DNA of 63,904 nucleotides, filler included, from Craspedostauros australis (taxonomy: Eukaryota): the NCBI GenBank assembly GCA_030167865.1. It is 11 parts of 11 records of this genome, joined end to end, with 100 filler letters (N's around TTAATTAATTAA, not from the genome) between each part and the next. Parts side by side here need not be neighbours in the genome. Positions count along the whole stretch, not along the records: positions 28,844 to 46,748 come from JALAGF010003456.1; positions 46,849 to 50,314 come from JALAGF010003458.1; positions 50,415 to 55,154 come from JALAGF010003460.1; 8 more parts are not named here. One strand, 5' to 3'. Within the stretch, counting starts at the first letter, position 1. Each line of letters begins with the position of its first letter. A model generated the notes under the pieces. That model searched no databases, had not been told where the DNA came from, and was given only the letters and a program-made list of their open reading frames with translations. Position numbers and translations under genes: made by a program. Shown one piece after another: positions 44,623 through 55,254 of the stretch.

Positions 44623-45729
44623 ATGAGCAACCAAGCCACCAACACCACTGCTTCTGGTACTCCTGGATCGCGTCTCCCTCGTGGAGCAACTCCCACACGC
44701 TCAAATTCAAAATCGATGCGACCGGAAGTCGACATCGCCATCTTGGACTTCCTCCTTGGCGCAAGGCGCTTCGATACATTCAAACGGCACTGTGACGAGT
44801 TTGAACATCTCCTCGGCAAGGCTGGTTCTGCGCAGCGAGACGCCAGCAGACAACGAAAGTACTACCTTCAAAAGTACCTCGACAAGGCAGGGCTACAAGC
44901 ATTGCGGACAACTCTGCAACAATCATTGAGTGGGAATGGTCCGAAACCAACATGTGCAGCCACAACACCCAACACAAACTCAAAAGCTGCAGCTCTCATA
45001 ACCCCATCAACATCGACATCCACGCTCTCGCCACAACGACAACGCAAAATCCTCTTCTCTGCTGAGACCAAAATGACGACCAATGACGAAACCAGCACAA
45101 GTGTCACCGAAATCGAAGAAGGTGAACACTACAACATCGACCTCGATCGTCCATTCCACCATGTGGAAAGCACCATGATCTACCAAATGGATGATGTGAT
45201 CCTCGAAGGTCGATCATTTGACTGTCTCGTCATCCGCAAGTTGTTCGTCGACAAAGACGATATCGAGGAAATCAAGGCCTCCATCTGTGAGGGCGGCACT
45301 TGCATCAAGATAAAGGAACCAGCAATCCCATCGTTGATGCTGGAGACGAGCACAGACGCCATGTTCGGCCAGAAGAAGGGGGTGCCCGATGCCAACCTTG
45401 CAAGGGAGAAGCTCCTTTTCCACAAGTTGGTCAACCGCGAGACCACGAGGGGAGTCGGCTCGAAGTATACATACTTCCATTGCCCAGAAGGAATGACCCT
45501 CTCCGCCAACTTCTTTCAAAATGAGGCTGAGTGCCTCACGAAGACATACTGCCCAACACCAAAGGTGTTGGTTCACAAGGCAACAAAGGCGCAGCTCAAG
45601 ATTCCAACAAATGTGGTCTGCTGGAGAGTTGCCATCGATGGATTTCATGGCAGGGTTGGTCTCAGCAGCAATGACACCGAGAATGTTGATGACGCATTCT
45701 TTGGCATGTTGACTACCACTGGTGAGTAG
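44623..45729 (+). CDS. Hypothetical protein, probably transposon-associated
   Basis: ATG at 44623 (MSNQAT) after an AAAAC-rich leader. 368 codons, with a helical N-domain (HCDEFEHLLGKAGSAQRDASRQRK) and a beta-rich C-domain. Confidence 0.7.
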   Translation: MSNQATNTTASGTPGSRLPRGATPTRSNSKSMRPEVDIAILDFLLGARRFDTFKRHCDEFEHLLGKAGSAQRDASRQRKYYLQKYLDKAGLQALRTTLQQSLSGNGPKPTCAATTPNTNSKAAALITPSTSTSTLSPQRQRKILFSAETKMTTNDETSTSVTEIEEGEHYNIDLDRPFHHVESTMIYQMDDVILEGRSFDCLVIRKLFVDKDDIEEIKASICEGGTCIKIKEPAIPSLMLETSTDAMFGQKKGVPDANLAREKLLFHKLVNRETTRGVGSKYTYFHCPEGMTLSANFFQNEAECLTKTYCPTPKVLVHKATKAQLKIPTNVVCWRVAIDGFHGRVGLSSNDTENVDDAFFGMLTTTGE

Positions 45730-45879
45730 CCATCAAGATCACCGACTCCCTTTCAATTTACTTGCATTGAGTATGATCATGCTGAATCAACTAATACTCA
45801 CTACTGTAGACGACCTACTAACAATCCACACTGATTCTGTCTCTTCTACTTCGTCCAAACAACTCAACACATAGCAAAC

Positions 45880-46482
45880 ATGACCATCGGGGCTAGCAGT
45901 TGCGATACCATGGACGTCGAGGCCCCAACACCGTCCACAGCTCGTTCTAGCATCACTACCAACAAACCTGTTGCATACGGAGGGGAAGCCGTGACCCCTT
46001 GCATGGTCGAGAGCAACCATGGGGTTGTGCACAACCTAAATCCTCTCCCAGCGGTTCAGGATCCCGGATTGGACGGGCTGAACTACCCGGACGTCCCAAA
46101 GTCTGCATTGGACGTTCCCCTCCCTGGTCAGGATGGATTGGATGAGTTGAACTTTCCTGATGTCCCATCATCCGCGGTGGACCTTGTTGATTCCAACCTG
46201 CTTGTCTTGGCCACAGGCGCAACAATCCATCGCGAAGTTGTTGCTTGTGCTGGTCCTCCAGATGCTGCTGCCCTCGTGGTTCATGCAAATGACGCTGTCA
46301 TGGGCGACGAAGGCCATCACCTGAAGCGCGCAACACTTGGGACCAGCGGAAGCACCCCAAAGAAGATGAAGTCTGCAGCAGATGGCGAGCCAACGATCGC
46401 AGATGGACCTGACCTGGAGCAGTCACCAGATTCCTATGATTTCGATGACAGCGCCGATGATCCTCTCTCTGAGTACTTCTAA
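45880..46482 (+). CDS. Hypothetical acidic/proline-rich protein
   Basis: 200-codon ATG-initiated ORF with an internal duplicated motif (LDGLNYPDVP / LDELNFPDVP). Converges on the transposase end. Confidence 0.45.
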   Translation: MTIGASSCDTMDVEAPTPSTARSSITTNKPVAYGGEAVTPCMVESNHGVVHNLNPLPAVQDPGLDGLNYPDVPKSALDVPLPGQDGLDELNFPDVPSSAVDLVDSNLLVLATGATIHREVVACAGPPDAAALVVHANDAVMGDEGHHLKRATLGTSGSTPKKMKSAADGEPTIADGPDLEQSPDSYDFDDSADDPLSEYF

Positions 46483-46544
46483 GATGGCAATATTGACAGA
46501 TAAGAGTACAGGAATGACTTGCTCTAATAGTATTTAGGAATGAT

Positions 46545-46748
46545 TCATATCTCAAATATTGGATGCCCGTTGTCCAGCTCGTATTGAATCAATACACAGC
46601 AGGCTTCAAAAACACATTGATGCTTCTCAATATCATTCCGATAGTCATGCACCAGCGCCTTGAAGTTCTTTATTCTCCCATTAAAACTCTCGTGTCGAGC
46701 CCTTGCTCGATTCTTGAACTTTTTCACAGCAGCAGAATCGAGTGGATT
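46545..46748 (-). mobile_element. C-terminus of a PIF/Harbinger-superfamily (DDE_Tnp_4-type) transposase, truncated by the linker
   Basis: KKFKNRARARHESFNGRIKNFKAL...YRN...H...FEACCVLIQY matches the R-x-x-x-E-x-x-x-G-R-x-K-x-F catalytic-Glu region of this family. Confidence 0.75.
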
Positions 46749-46892
46749 NNNNNNNNNNNNNNNNNNNNNNNNNNNNNNNNNNNNNNNNNNNNTTAATTAA
46801 TTAANNNNNNNNNNNNNNNNNNNNNNNNNNNNNNNNNNNNNNNNNNNNCTTCGTTTCGGGTGGGTGTTTTCTTTAGTTGCGTTTCTTCTCGG

Positions 46893-47887
46893 TTAGGCCT
46901 TGCCCAGGGATGCAAGCTTCTTGGCCTCCTCGACAGCCATGGCCTTGGCACGCTTCTCAAGCTTGGCCTGTGTCTTGAGACCCATGATACCACCTCCCCA
47001 CTTGCGGAGGTTGTCTGGGTTGTTGTTGTACTTCTCCATGGCGAGGTCCTGGAGGAGCTTGAGCTGCGAGGAGTCCTGCTTCCCCACGGTGGTGAGGCAG
47101 GCGCAGGCGGAGACCTTCTGGTGGACGAGGGCACCGAGGCGGGCCTTGTCCTTAACGATCATGTACGGAACGTCCATCTTGCGGCACAGGGCTGGCATCC
47201 ACATGACGAGTTCGATTGGGTCGACGTCGCAGGCGATGAGGACCAGGGAGGCCTTCTTCTCCTCGATCAGGGTGGTGACGTGCTTGAGACCGAACTTGAC
47301 GACGTCTGGTGCGTCCTCGTCCTCATCCTTACCCTCGGCGGCATCGGCAGCGGTCTCCTTGAGACGCTGCTTCTTGGCGGCTGGAGTCTCTGGGCGGTAC
47401 TTGTTGAAGAGGGTGAAGACGGTCATGGCCTCATTCTTGCTCAAGGTCTTGGTGAACTGGTTGATTGAAGGTGGAACCTTGAGACGCTGGTAGAGCACGG
47501 CACGCTGGCGCTGGATGCGCACGTACTTTGGCCATCGCACGAATCGGGAGAGGTCGCGTCCGGCTGGGCGGATGGCTCCTCCGATCTGGTACGTGCGAGC
47601 ACGCGATGGGAAGAGTGGGTCGGCGGCCTTGGCAACCTTAGGCTTGGAGTCCTTGCTCTTCTTTCCTTTTCCCTTTGGTGCCTGTCGGAGGGAGAGCGGG
47701 GGGAGGGATTGGGGTGGAAATGTTGGACGCAGTTGTCAGTATCGCATTCGTGAAGATGCATCACACCGCCAAGGAGATGGTGTGCATTGTGGGCCGTATT
47801 CCGTACTCCATACTCTATACTCCGTGCTGCTGAAGCCTCGCTGCCATCGTCCCACACGTTTCATCATCGCGCCGTTCCACTCACCAT
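46893..47887 (-). CDS. RPL7A: 60S ribosomal protein L7a (eL8); exons 47887-47885 (ATG only) and 47681-46893
   Basis: RDLSRFVRWPKYVRIQRQR, LKVPPSINQF, DVDPIELV and WGGGIMG. GT-AG intron 47884-47682 directly after the ATG. Confidence 0.98.
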
Positions 47888-48562
47888 CTTGAAAGTCCTG
47901 AATTTGGTGTGTTTTTGATGTGTTGTGTTGATACGTTGATGATGGAGTTGTCGAAGAGCAACCCCCAATTCGTTGGCTGCGGAGGTCGCAGGACAACAGG
48001 GAAACGGGAAGCGGTGACTGTTTGGCCATGGTCATCAACTCAAAATCAGACGAAGTATCATGTGAGCGGTAACATGGGCGACAGAAGGACAGACCCCACC
48101 TGAGCCACTTAACGCTAAGAAAGTACTATGCATCTGCCAACGACCACTATGACCAAATCATCACAGAAATTGGCCAGCCTCGACGCTTGCGACTCACTTG
48201 ATCATTTGAACCGAAACAATTTTGCTCACAATTTTGTGATGCGGCTTGGACTTCGCGACGAAATCGGCCATGGTGACCATGTTGCCACCGCCAAATCTCT
48301 TGCCGACACCTTCCCGTTTTGACGGGATCACATCTTGCGACGGAGAGTGGCCATGAAGCAAAGCCGCATGATCTTACTCGGAAAGTCGATCCTGGACGGG
48401 CAGTACGATACAAGCCATTGAGTACCTGCACTTGAGCATCACTTGATGTCGTTTTTCCATCGCTGCCTCCGCACACACAAATCGCATCCACAACCAATCT
48501 GAGCTCCTTTCGTTTCATTCTCATCGAGTACAGACATACATCATCTCAAAGCAACGTGAAAG

Positions 48563-49462
48563 ATGAAGTTCCTCCATTCCTCCAAGCTTCTCGTCGCCAC
48601 CGCCGCCGCCGCTGGCATCACGATGGCCTCTGCGGATTCAGTGCCACTGTCGGCAGACATCACGATGGAATCATCCTCATTGCGATCGCCCCTCATCATT
48701 GGCGAAGACCTGTGCTCGTGCACACCGCATGTTTACGAATTCAAGTTGGACTTCACATCAACCTGCGATGATATGGAAGCGATCGCAGACCGATCGACAT
48801 CGTCGTCGTCCTCAGCATCACCATCGACAACAAGGCGGTTGTCATCACCAAGGACAGGGGCAACATCCACCGCATCCACAAGAGATGAACGAACAGTATT
48901 GCCCATCATGGAGGACAATTTCGGATTGGATGGACACGCCTGCGCTGTGGGTCCGTTCGGGGAGGAGAATCGCGCCGGAGACGACCTGGTTCCAGATACC
49001 ATCCACGCCGTCACATTCACAGAGCTGGATCGCAACCTCAATGTGCTGACGCAGGAGACGCACGAAAGCCTGTACATGCAGCATGGCGACATCCTGACCT
49101 ACGAATCCTTCTCGAACACACCGGAAGAGATCGACAGCGTCGCCGACTTGCCACGGGCCCTGCAGATCAACGTGGTGGGCACCAACCAGCATGGCGAGGG
49201 TGTGACGAACGTCGCCTTGATCACGTTCACGAATGACTGCACCTTCTTCCCGGTTGTGCAACCGCGGCACACCGTCGGTTGGCTGACGGTGACATCCGTC
49301 GTGGATCCCATCCCGCAGCTCTGTCCGGCAGCTCCTGCAATCAAGCCGCGCGCATCCAAGCCACCTCATCCTCGCCGGCATCATCACAGAACCCACAATG
49401 AATTTGACGAACACCCCGCCGCATCGGCTCCGACGCGGGACATGCATCGCCAGTCCCAGTGA
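48563..49462 (+). CDS. Secreted cysteine-containing hypothetical protein
   Basis: Signal-peptide-like N-terminus (MKFLHSSKLLVATAAAAGITMASA), CSCTPHVYEFKLDFTSTC and ITFTNDCTFFPV motifs, P/H/R-rich tail. Confidence 0.75.
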   Translation: MKFLHSSKLLVATAAAAGITMASADSVPLSADITMESSSLRSPLIIGEDLCSCTPHVYEFKLDFTSTCDDMEAIADRSTSSSSSASPSTTRRLSSPRTGATSTASTRDERTVLPIMEDNFGLDGHACAVGPFGEENRAGDDLVPDTIHAVTFTELDRNLNVLTQETHESLYMQHGDILTYESFSNTPEEIDSVADLPRALQINVVGTNQHGEGVTNVALITFTNDCTFFPVVQPRHTVGWLTVTSVVDPIPQLCPAAPAIKPRASKPPHPRRHHHRTHNEFDEHPAASAPTRDMHRQSQ

Positions 49463-49926
49463 GGAAGCAGGTTGGCTGGCTGAAAACTGATGCACTCTAT
49501 CGAAAACCGAAATCTGCTGCCTAAGTGGAACGTGAGCTGGCATGAGAGCGATCCTGGTCGAGCACTCGTGCTCACGCCACGTTGTAAACTAACTTACTCC
49601 GAGTAATGCACGTCATGACGAAATGCAGATGCAATTATATTGATCTTCTCGGCCGTCATTGCCAACCATTGTCCAGGCCGACGCCCACATTTTGAATAGA
49701 ATCATGAAATGACAGAAACTCCCAACGAATGAACTGGGGCAACGCCGTGTGCTGGTTTCGCACATCGGAGCACGTGCCGAGTATGGCGTGCCCGCATTGC
49801 CACGTATACGAGTACGCACAGATACACGTGGAGTATTATGACCCCGGTCAGTGAAAATAGTACACCTTTCTCGGGAAGTCCTCTCAGATTTCCCTATAAA
49901 TTTAATATGATGTTCCTCTCTATGAG

Positions 49927-50025
49927 NNNNNNNNNNNNNNNNNNNNNNNNNNNNNNNNNNNNNNNNNNNNNNNNNNNNNNNNNNNNNNNNNNNNNNNNNN
50001 NNNNNNNNNNNNNNNNNNNNNNNNN
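49927..50025. other. Intra-scaffold assembly gap (plain N run)
   Basis: 99 N without the TTAATTAATTAA core. Confidence 0.95.
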
Positions 50026-50598
50026 TTTTTAGCTTTCGATCGGACATGGATGCGACTCGTCATTGTCTTCAAGTTGGACGTCGGCGAGCGGCGAAAATGT
50101 TCTTTTTTCCTCTCTCAGACGGACTCACAGCAAGGCACTCGAAGCCGCCCTCAAACGTGCCTACAGTCGTGTGAATGGGCCCACATTTCGACTGTTTTTG
50201 GCCCCAATTGATTGAACGCAGTTTCTCGCAGTGGACTTGGAACAGGCGTGGAGGAGCAAAACTGCATCAGAATGCGATGGAACGTACGCGCACTGCGCTG
50301 TACCATACGACATTNNNNNNNNNNNNNNNNNNNNNNNNNNNNNNNNNNNNNNNNNNNNTTAATTAATTAANNNNNNNNNNNNNNNNNNNNNNNNNNNNNN
50401 NNNNNNNNNNNNNNGTGTTTGTGGTTCTGAAGTGATGTCTCTATTGTATTACTCTAGTATTGTATTATGTGGCATGGTGTATGGTGTATGGTACGCTATG
50501 GGAACTGGCGCGCGTGTGATTGGCTCGTCTGCTCGTATTTTCCGCTGCGTGGAGACTGCAATCGAATGTCGTTGCAATACTGTGAGCGGTGCGCTCCT

Positions 50599-51319
50599 TC
50601 AGGCTGCCTTTCCAACGAGCAATCTGATCGGACCCATGCGTGGTTTGCTCGTCTTTCTCGACATCATGGATGATGAAGAAGAAGATGATGGTGACGATGA
50701 CGACGATGATGGCATCAACAGCTGCGAGAGTTTGGAGATACCTGGTAGACGTTTCTTGGGAGAAACGCCGGATGGGAAGGTGCTGTTCTGGTGGTTGTTT
50801 TGGCTGCCTCCAGTCATGCTCTCCGTCTCCGGTGCCTGTGAACCTTCGCTGATGGACGAAAGAGAGAGGTACGATGAAGATGCCGTGGAAGCGGTGTCAT
50901 CATCGCCCTTGAGTGAATTTAGCTGCCTCGCAACCTGCTCATCGAGCATGCCGCGGAGTCCGGCCTGTCGCTGTGAACCTTCGCAGACCTCGGCGTACAT
51001 TTCCGCCATGTACTGCACATCGCAATCCCCTTCCCTGCGCTGGTCGGACTGTTCATCGAGAACGACAGCCCTGGCCTCGTTCTTCAATGCGGCCCTGCGC
51101 TTGGATGCCGCCTTGGTGCGGAACTCTAGACCACGTTGCATCGGCAGCTTGCCGGCCTGGATGTCCAAGATGGTGGAGCGGATGTCGTCGCGCGTGGCCA
51201 TCATCTCCTCCCTTGTCATCCACGTCGCGACTCTCTCTTCCTCTGTGAAGTCGTTGTGGTGCAGGGAGAACTTGCAGCGCACGCGTTCGTTGAAGGACAC
51301 GCGGCGCTTGTTGTTGTTG

Positions 51320-51351
<32 letters not shown>

Positions 51352-51363
51352 GGTAGTAGCCAT
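50599..51363 (-). CDS. Hypothetical protein with RVxF-like and RGLE motifs, paralogue A
   Basis: ATG at 51363 (MATTT). KRRVSFNERVRCKF, QRGLEFRT, VLDEQ. Ends GPIRLLVGKAA. Confidence 0.82.
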
Positions 51364-53958
51364 CGTGAATTTGTTGTGTTGGTTGTGCTGGCTGTTTTTG
51401 ATCTTTGGTTTTGGGTTGTGATCGGTTTGATTTTGTGAGAACAACAAACAAACTACCGAAGAAGGGAGAAGAGCGGTCGCAGTGATGCCGCAGTTACGGG
51501 TACTTTGCACCGCGAGCTGCGCCCAACACACTTGCGTCGTTTTGCGTGAGCGTTTGTGTTGTGGCTACCAGTTCTCCTCACGGGATTCCGTGATGTTCGT
51601 GGCATCGTTTTCGAAAGCTCCGTGGGAAATCGAATTGCGCTGTGGCGAATGACAGCGCGCACAAACTGGTGTCCATTCGATCGTGCACAGTCATCCGTGG
51701 GGTCATTTGGATGAAGGGTTGAATGGCCTGTGTTGTGGCGTGTGATGAAGACGCGTATTTCCCTTGCCTGTCCATGTGTAATTATGCTCTTTCTGTTGTT
51801 CCGCACAATTTATATTCTCCTTCTGCGCATTCCAAAGAACACGAAAGTGGTTCAGAGAGGCAGTTTTGCTAAGTTTCTGAAGGTGTGACATGAAGCGAGA
51901 GATGAAAGATATGCCGAGGATGGCATACTTGTGACAACTATCCCACCGCATTGTTGCAGGCATTGATCACAAAAAGAGGATCGGACCAACAGATAACCAC
52001 GGAAGAACGGCGGTGGTGAAGAACGGGACAGCCAGGTGGCGGATGCAACACGAAGCCCAGTTCCGCCACTCAGCCAATTGTTGACACTCCTCGCCGCCAT
52101 CGATACCTCTTTCGTCAGAAACCAGCACTTTCCGAAAATAGATGGATCCGTTTGGTGTTGTTCATCATGATTGTGGCATTGGTATCATCGTTGTTGTCGC
52201 ACTTGATGTCATCCACAGCCACACCAGCCATACCCGTGCCACATCCCAAGATCTATGGTCTTGGTTTCTCTGTGGGGACCAAAATGCGCGGACTCCAGGC
52301 CCCTGATGTGAGGAACAGTTTGGCAAAAGGTCGTGAGCAGGAGACACACATACGAACTGTAAGATCACGCAAGCAGCGGCTTCGGGTTCATCAGTGGGCG
52401 ACATTGGGGTGCTTCTCCTCTTGGAGTAGTATGACGATGTTGGCCCTCGGATTTGGACGCGGATGTGATTGTATAATGTCTATGAAAATATTATATGTGG
52501 TTGGAGGCGCTGGTGGTGACGACGTGGATGCGGGTGGATGGCGGCGGTGTCACCAACTCAGATGTGCTCATTCTTCTCTGTTCCGCGAGTTGGTGCACCA
52601 CTTGCTCTCGATTTCTTTCCTCCTCTCCTTCTGTCCTTTGGCCATCCATGTATCCACGAGCATCGCCGAAGCACTGGTAGATTTGCTGGTGCGGCTGATT
52701 GAAGCCTTTGCGTGCAGGTATGGTGGCGCATAGTAGCCCGCAGCTTGCAAGATGCTGCGACCTCTCTCCGTCTCTTCAGGGTCGCCACCAACCAAAGATT
52801 GAACCTTCGATGAGAACGTCCCCTGGCCGGTCACAGGTTCTGTTTTGGTGCTCACCTGCTGTCATCATCGTCGTCGTCGGCTTCATGCTCATAGCGCCCA
52901 ATGATATTATCATACACTCGGGTCTGCCCCGTTGTTCATGAATCTGCATTTGCTGAAACCTTCATTGTGCACCAGTCATGCAATGGAAACGTGGTGATTG
53001 GCATTTCCGCGTACCACACATACATGCCTTTGATCTTCGATCCGGCATCCTCGTCTTTCCTCTTGATGTCACCCACACCGCTGTTTCCTCCTTGCGCTTC
53101 TACTTCAGACTTGGATTCGAATTGCACTCTTATCTATTGGCCTCGGTGTCAGCCCGTGGTGGATTGGAATCTCCTCCACATCTGCGAGCATGGCACCAGA
53201 CATGTCTGTGAGGTTGCTTTCAGCTTCTGTGAGTCTCTGTGGAGTCTCTGTGGAGTCTCTGTGAGATGATGACCTCGTTGTGCTGATCTTGCCAGCAGAC
53301 GTGCACACCAACGATGGAACTGACACAGGGATCCACAGCACGCGCAGACACAGAGAGAGAGAGAGGCAAGGAGATCAAAGTGCGCCCGTCACGATGATCG
53401 TACGTACAGTTGCTCACAGCGACCTTGATGATCCTGTGCGCAGACGTGGACTTCGTCCTTGCAGTTCCAAAATGAGGAATGTCAGGTTCGGTCGATGTCG
53501 CTCTGTGTACGATCTAATCTAATCTACTCCTGTTCTGTGCTGCGGTTACTTGCACCATACCTCGCGTTCGAGCAAATGAGACGAGGAAGATGCGAGCACC
53601 AAAGCAAATCAAAGAGGATGTGGGGTGAGAGGAAGGAAAATCGATCAGTCGCTTGACGCAACAATACCTCTGAAAGTCTCGTCACCGACGCTGTGGCAAA
53701 GACGGTCATGGAATCAGGTGCGAGTACATGGCATAGTCGTACTACTATTATAGTGTTGTGCCAAGTGCATTTCGTCGTGTAGAGCAATCGCATTGTGATA
53801 AGTTCTATGGTAGTTGTGATTGTGTCTGTGTGTTTGTGTCTGTTTGTCTATCTCTATTTTGTGTTTCTATGTGTATGTACACCCCCTTCCCCATCAAGCT
53901 GCCCACGGCATTGACTTGTTTATAGCGTATTGATACCAATGCATGGTCCATTCGGTGC

Positions 53959-54552
53959 TTAGGCTGCCTTGCCGATGAACATGCGAATGGGACCAACTGC
54001 CAACGACTTCAATGGCTTGATTGGGTTCGATCTCAGCTTGGAAGCAAGCGAGATGGTCTTTGGAGAATATGACTCGCAGTCTGGATGCGATTGCGATCTC
54101 TGTTGGCGGCTGATGATGTCCTCGCCTCTGATCATCTCGGCCTCCTCTTCATCCATCTTTCCGCGCATGGCGGCAGCCTTCTGGCTCTTCTTGCTGACCT
54201 GCTGGTACATGGAGGCGATGAAGTCAGGATCGTGATCACCGGCGACCTTCTGGTCTGCCTGTTCGTCCAGGACGGTGGTTCTGGCACAGTGCTTCAGAGC
54301 CGAGCGCCGTTCCGAGGCCTCCCTCGTGCGCGATTCCAAGCCGCGCTGCATTGGCATGGTGCCATCGTTGATGGCTCTCAGCGTGGATCGGATGTCGGCC
54401 TTGATGGCCTGCATGTCTTCGTGGCTCATGAAGGCGTTGCTGTGCTCTTCCTCTGTGTAGTTCTTGTTGTGAAGCACGAACTTGCATCGCACGCTCTCGT
54501 TGAACCTGACTGTCTTCTTGGTGTTATTCTTGGTGGTGGTGGTGGTGTTCAT
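53959..54552 (-). CDS. Hypothetical protein with RVxF-like and RGLE motifs, paralogue B
   Basis: KKTVRFNESVRCKF, QRGLESRT, VLDEQ. Ends GPIRMFIGKAA. Collinear with paralogue A. Confidence 0.85.
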   Translation of the reverse strand: MNTTTTTKNNTKKTVRFNESVRCKFVLHNKNYTEEEHSNAFMSHEDMQAIKADIRSTLRAINDGTMPMQRGLESRTREASERRSALKHCARTTVLDEQADQKVAGDHDPDFIASMYQQVSKKSQKAAAMRGKMDEEEAEMIRGEDIISRQQRSQSHPDCESYSPKTISLASKLRSNPIKPLKSLAVGPIRMFIGKAA

Positions 54553-55254
54553 CTTTGCTGTCGTTGATTGTATTTGAGTGTGTTTGTGGTGCTGACTGTG
54601 CTGACTGTGCTGGCTGTGTTGGTCGTTGGCTCTGAAGTTGTGAGAATGTTGGTTTTATGAGGAGGAGAATGTGATGGGACAACTGTCACAAAGAACATAC
54701 TGAACACAGCGCTGTGCTGGAGCAGTTGTCTGGTGAAGACGTGTTTTGAACAACAACAACGCACCAAACGGGCCAAACGCCAACGAAGCACAGAAAACGG
54801 CGATGGAAGAATCCATAAAGAAGGGTACTAGTTCTTCCGCCTTTCTCTCTACGTACAGCGCTTGTTCTTCGTACCAAAGAAGTCCATCGGAATTATTCCG
54901 CGATTCGCCATAGACGCGGCGATGTTGTTTGTGTCCAAATGCAACTATTTGTGACCGAAAATTCGCCGCGCCTTCGCCATCTCCGTCATTTTGTGACGCC
55001 GAAGCCATCACACACCACAAAGTCGGAGAAAGTTTGTGAAACCAACCCAACCTCAACCACAAAAAAGGAGATGGATACCGCCTCCGCTCAGCTCAGCTGG
55101 ATGATCCATCAACTCAAATCAGGCGCCACGCTGTCCAGCACTGCCACTCAATCANNNNNNNNNNNNNNNNNNNNNNNNNNNNNNNNNNNNNNNNNNNNTT
55201 AATTAATTAANNNNNNNNNNNNNNNNNNNNNNNNNNNNNNNNNNNNNNNNNNNN

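Noticed and set aside
49800..50314. Possible transposon terminus flanking the plain N gap
   Set aside because: The composition shift is suggestive, but no inverted repeat or target duplication could be identified.
51308..51360. Trinucleotide runs here and at 17304-17321 and 40543-40572
   Set aside because: Ordinary coding microsatellites giving poly-T/N/Q tracts.
52400..53350. Possible small gene between the RVxF paralogues
   Set aside because: Only short ORFs with no recognisable motif and no convincing splice model.
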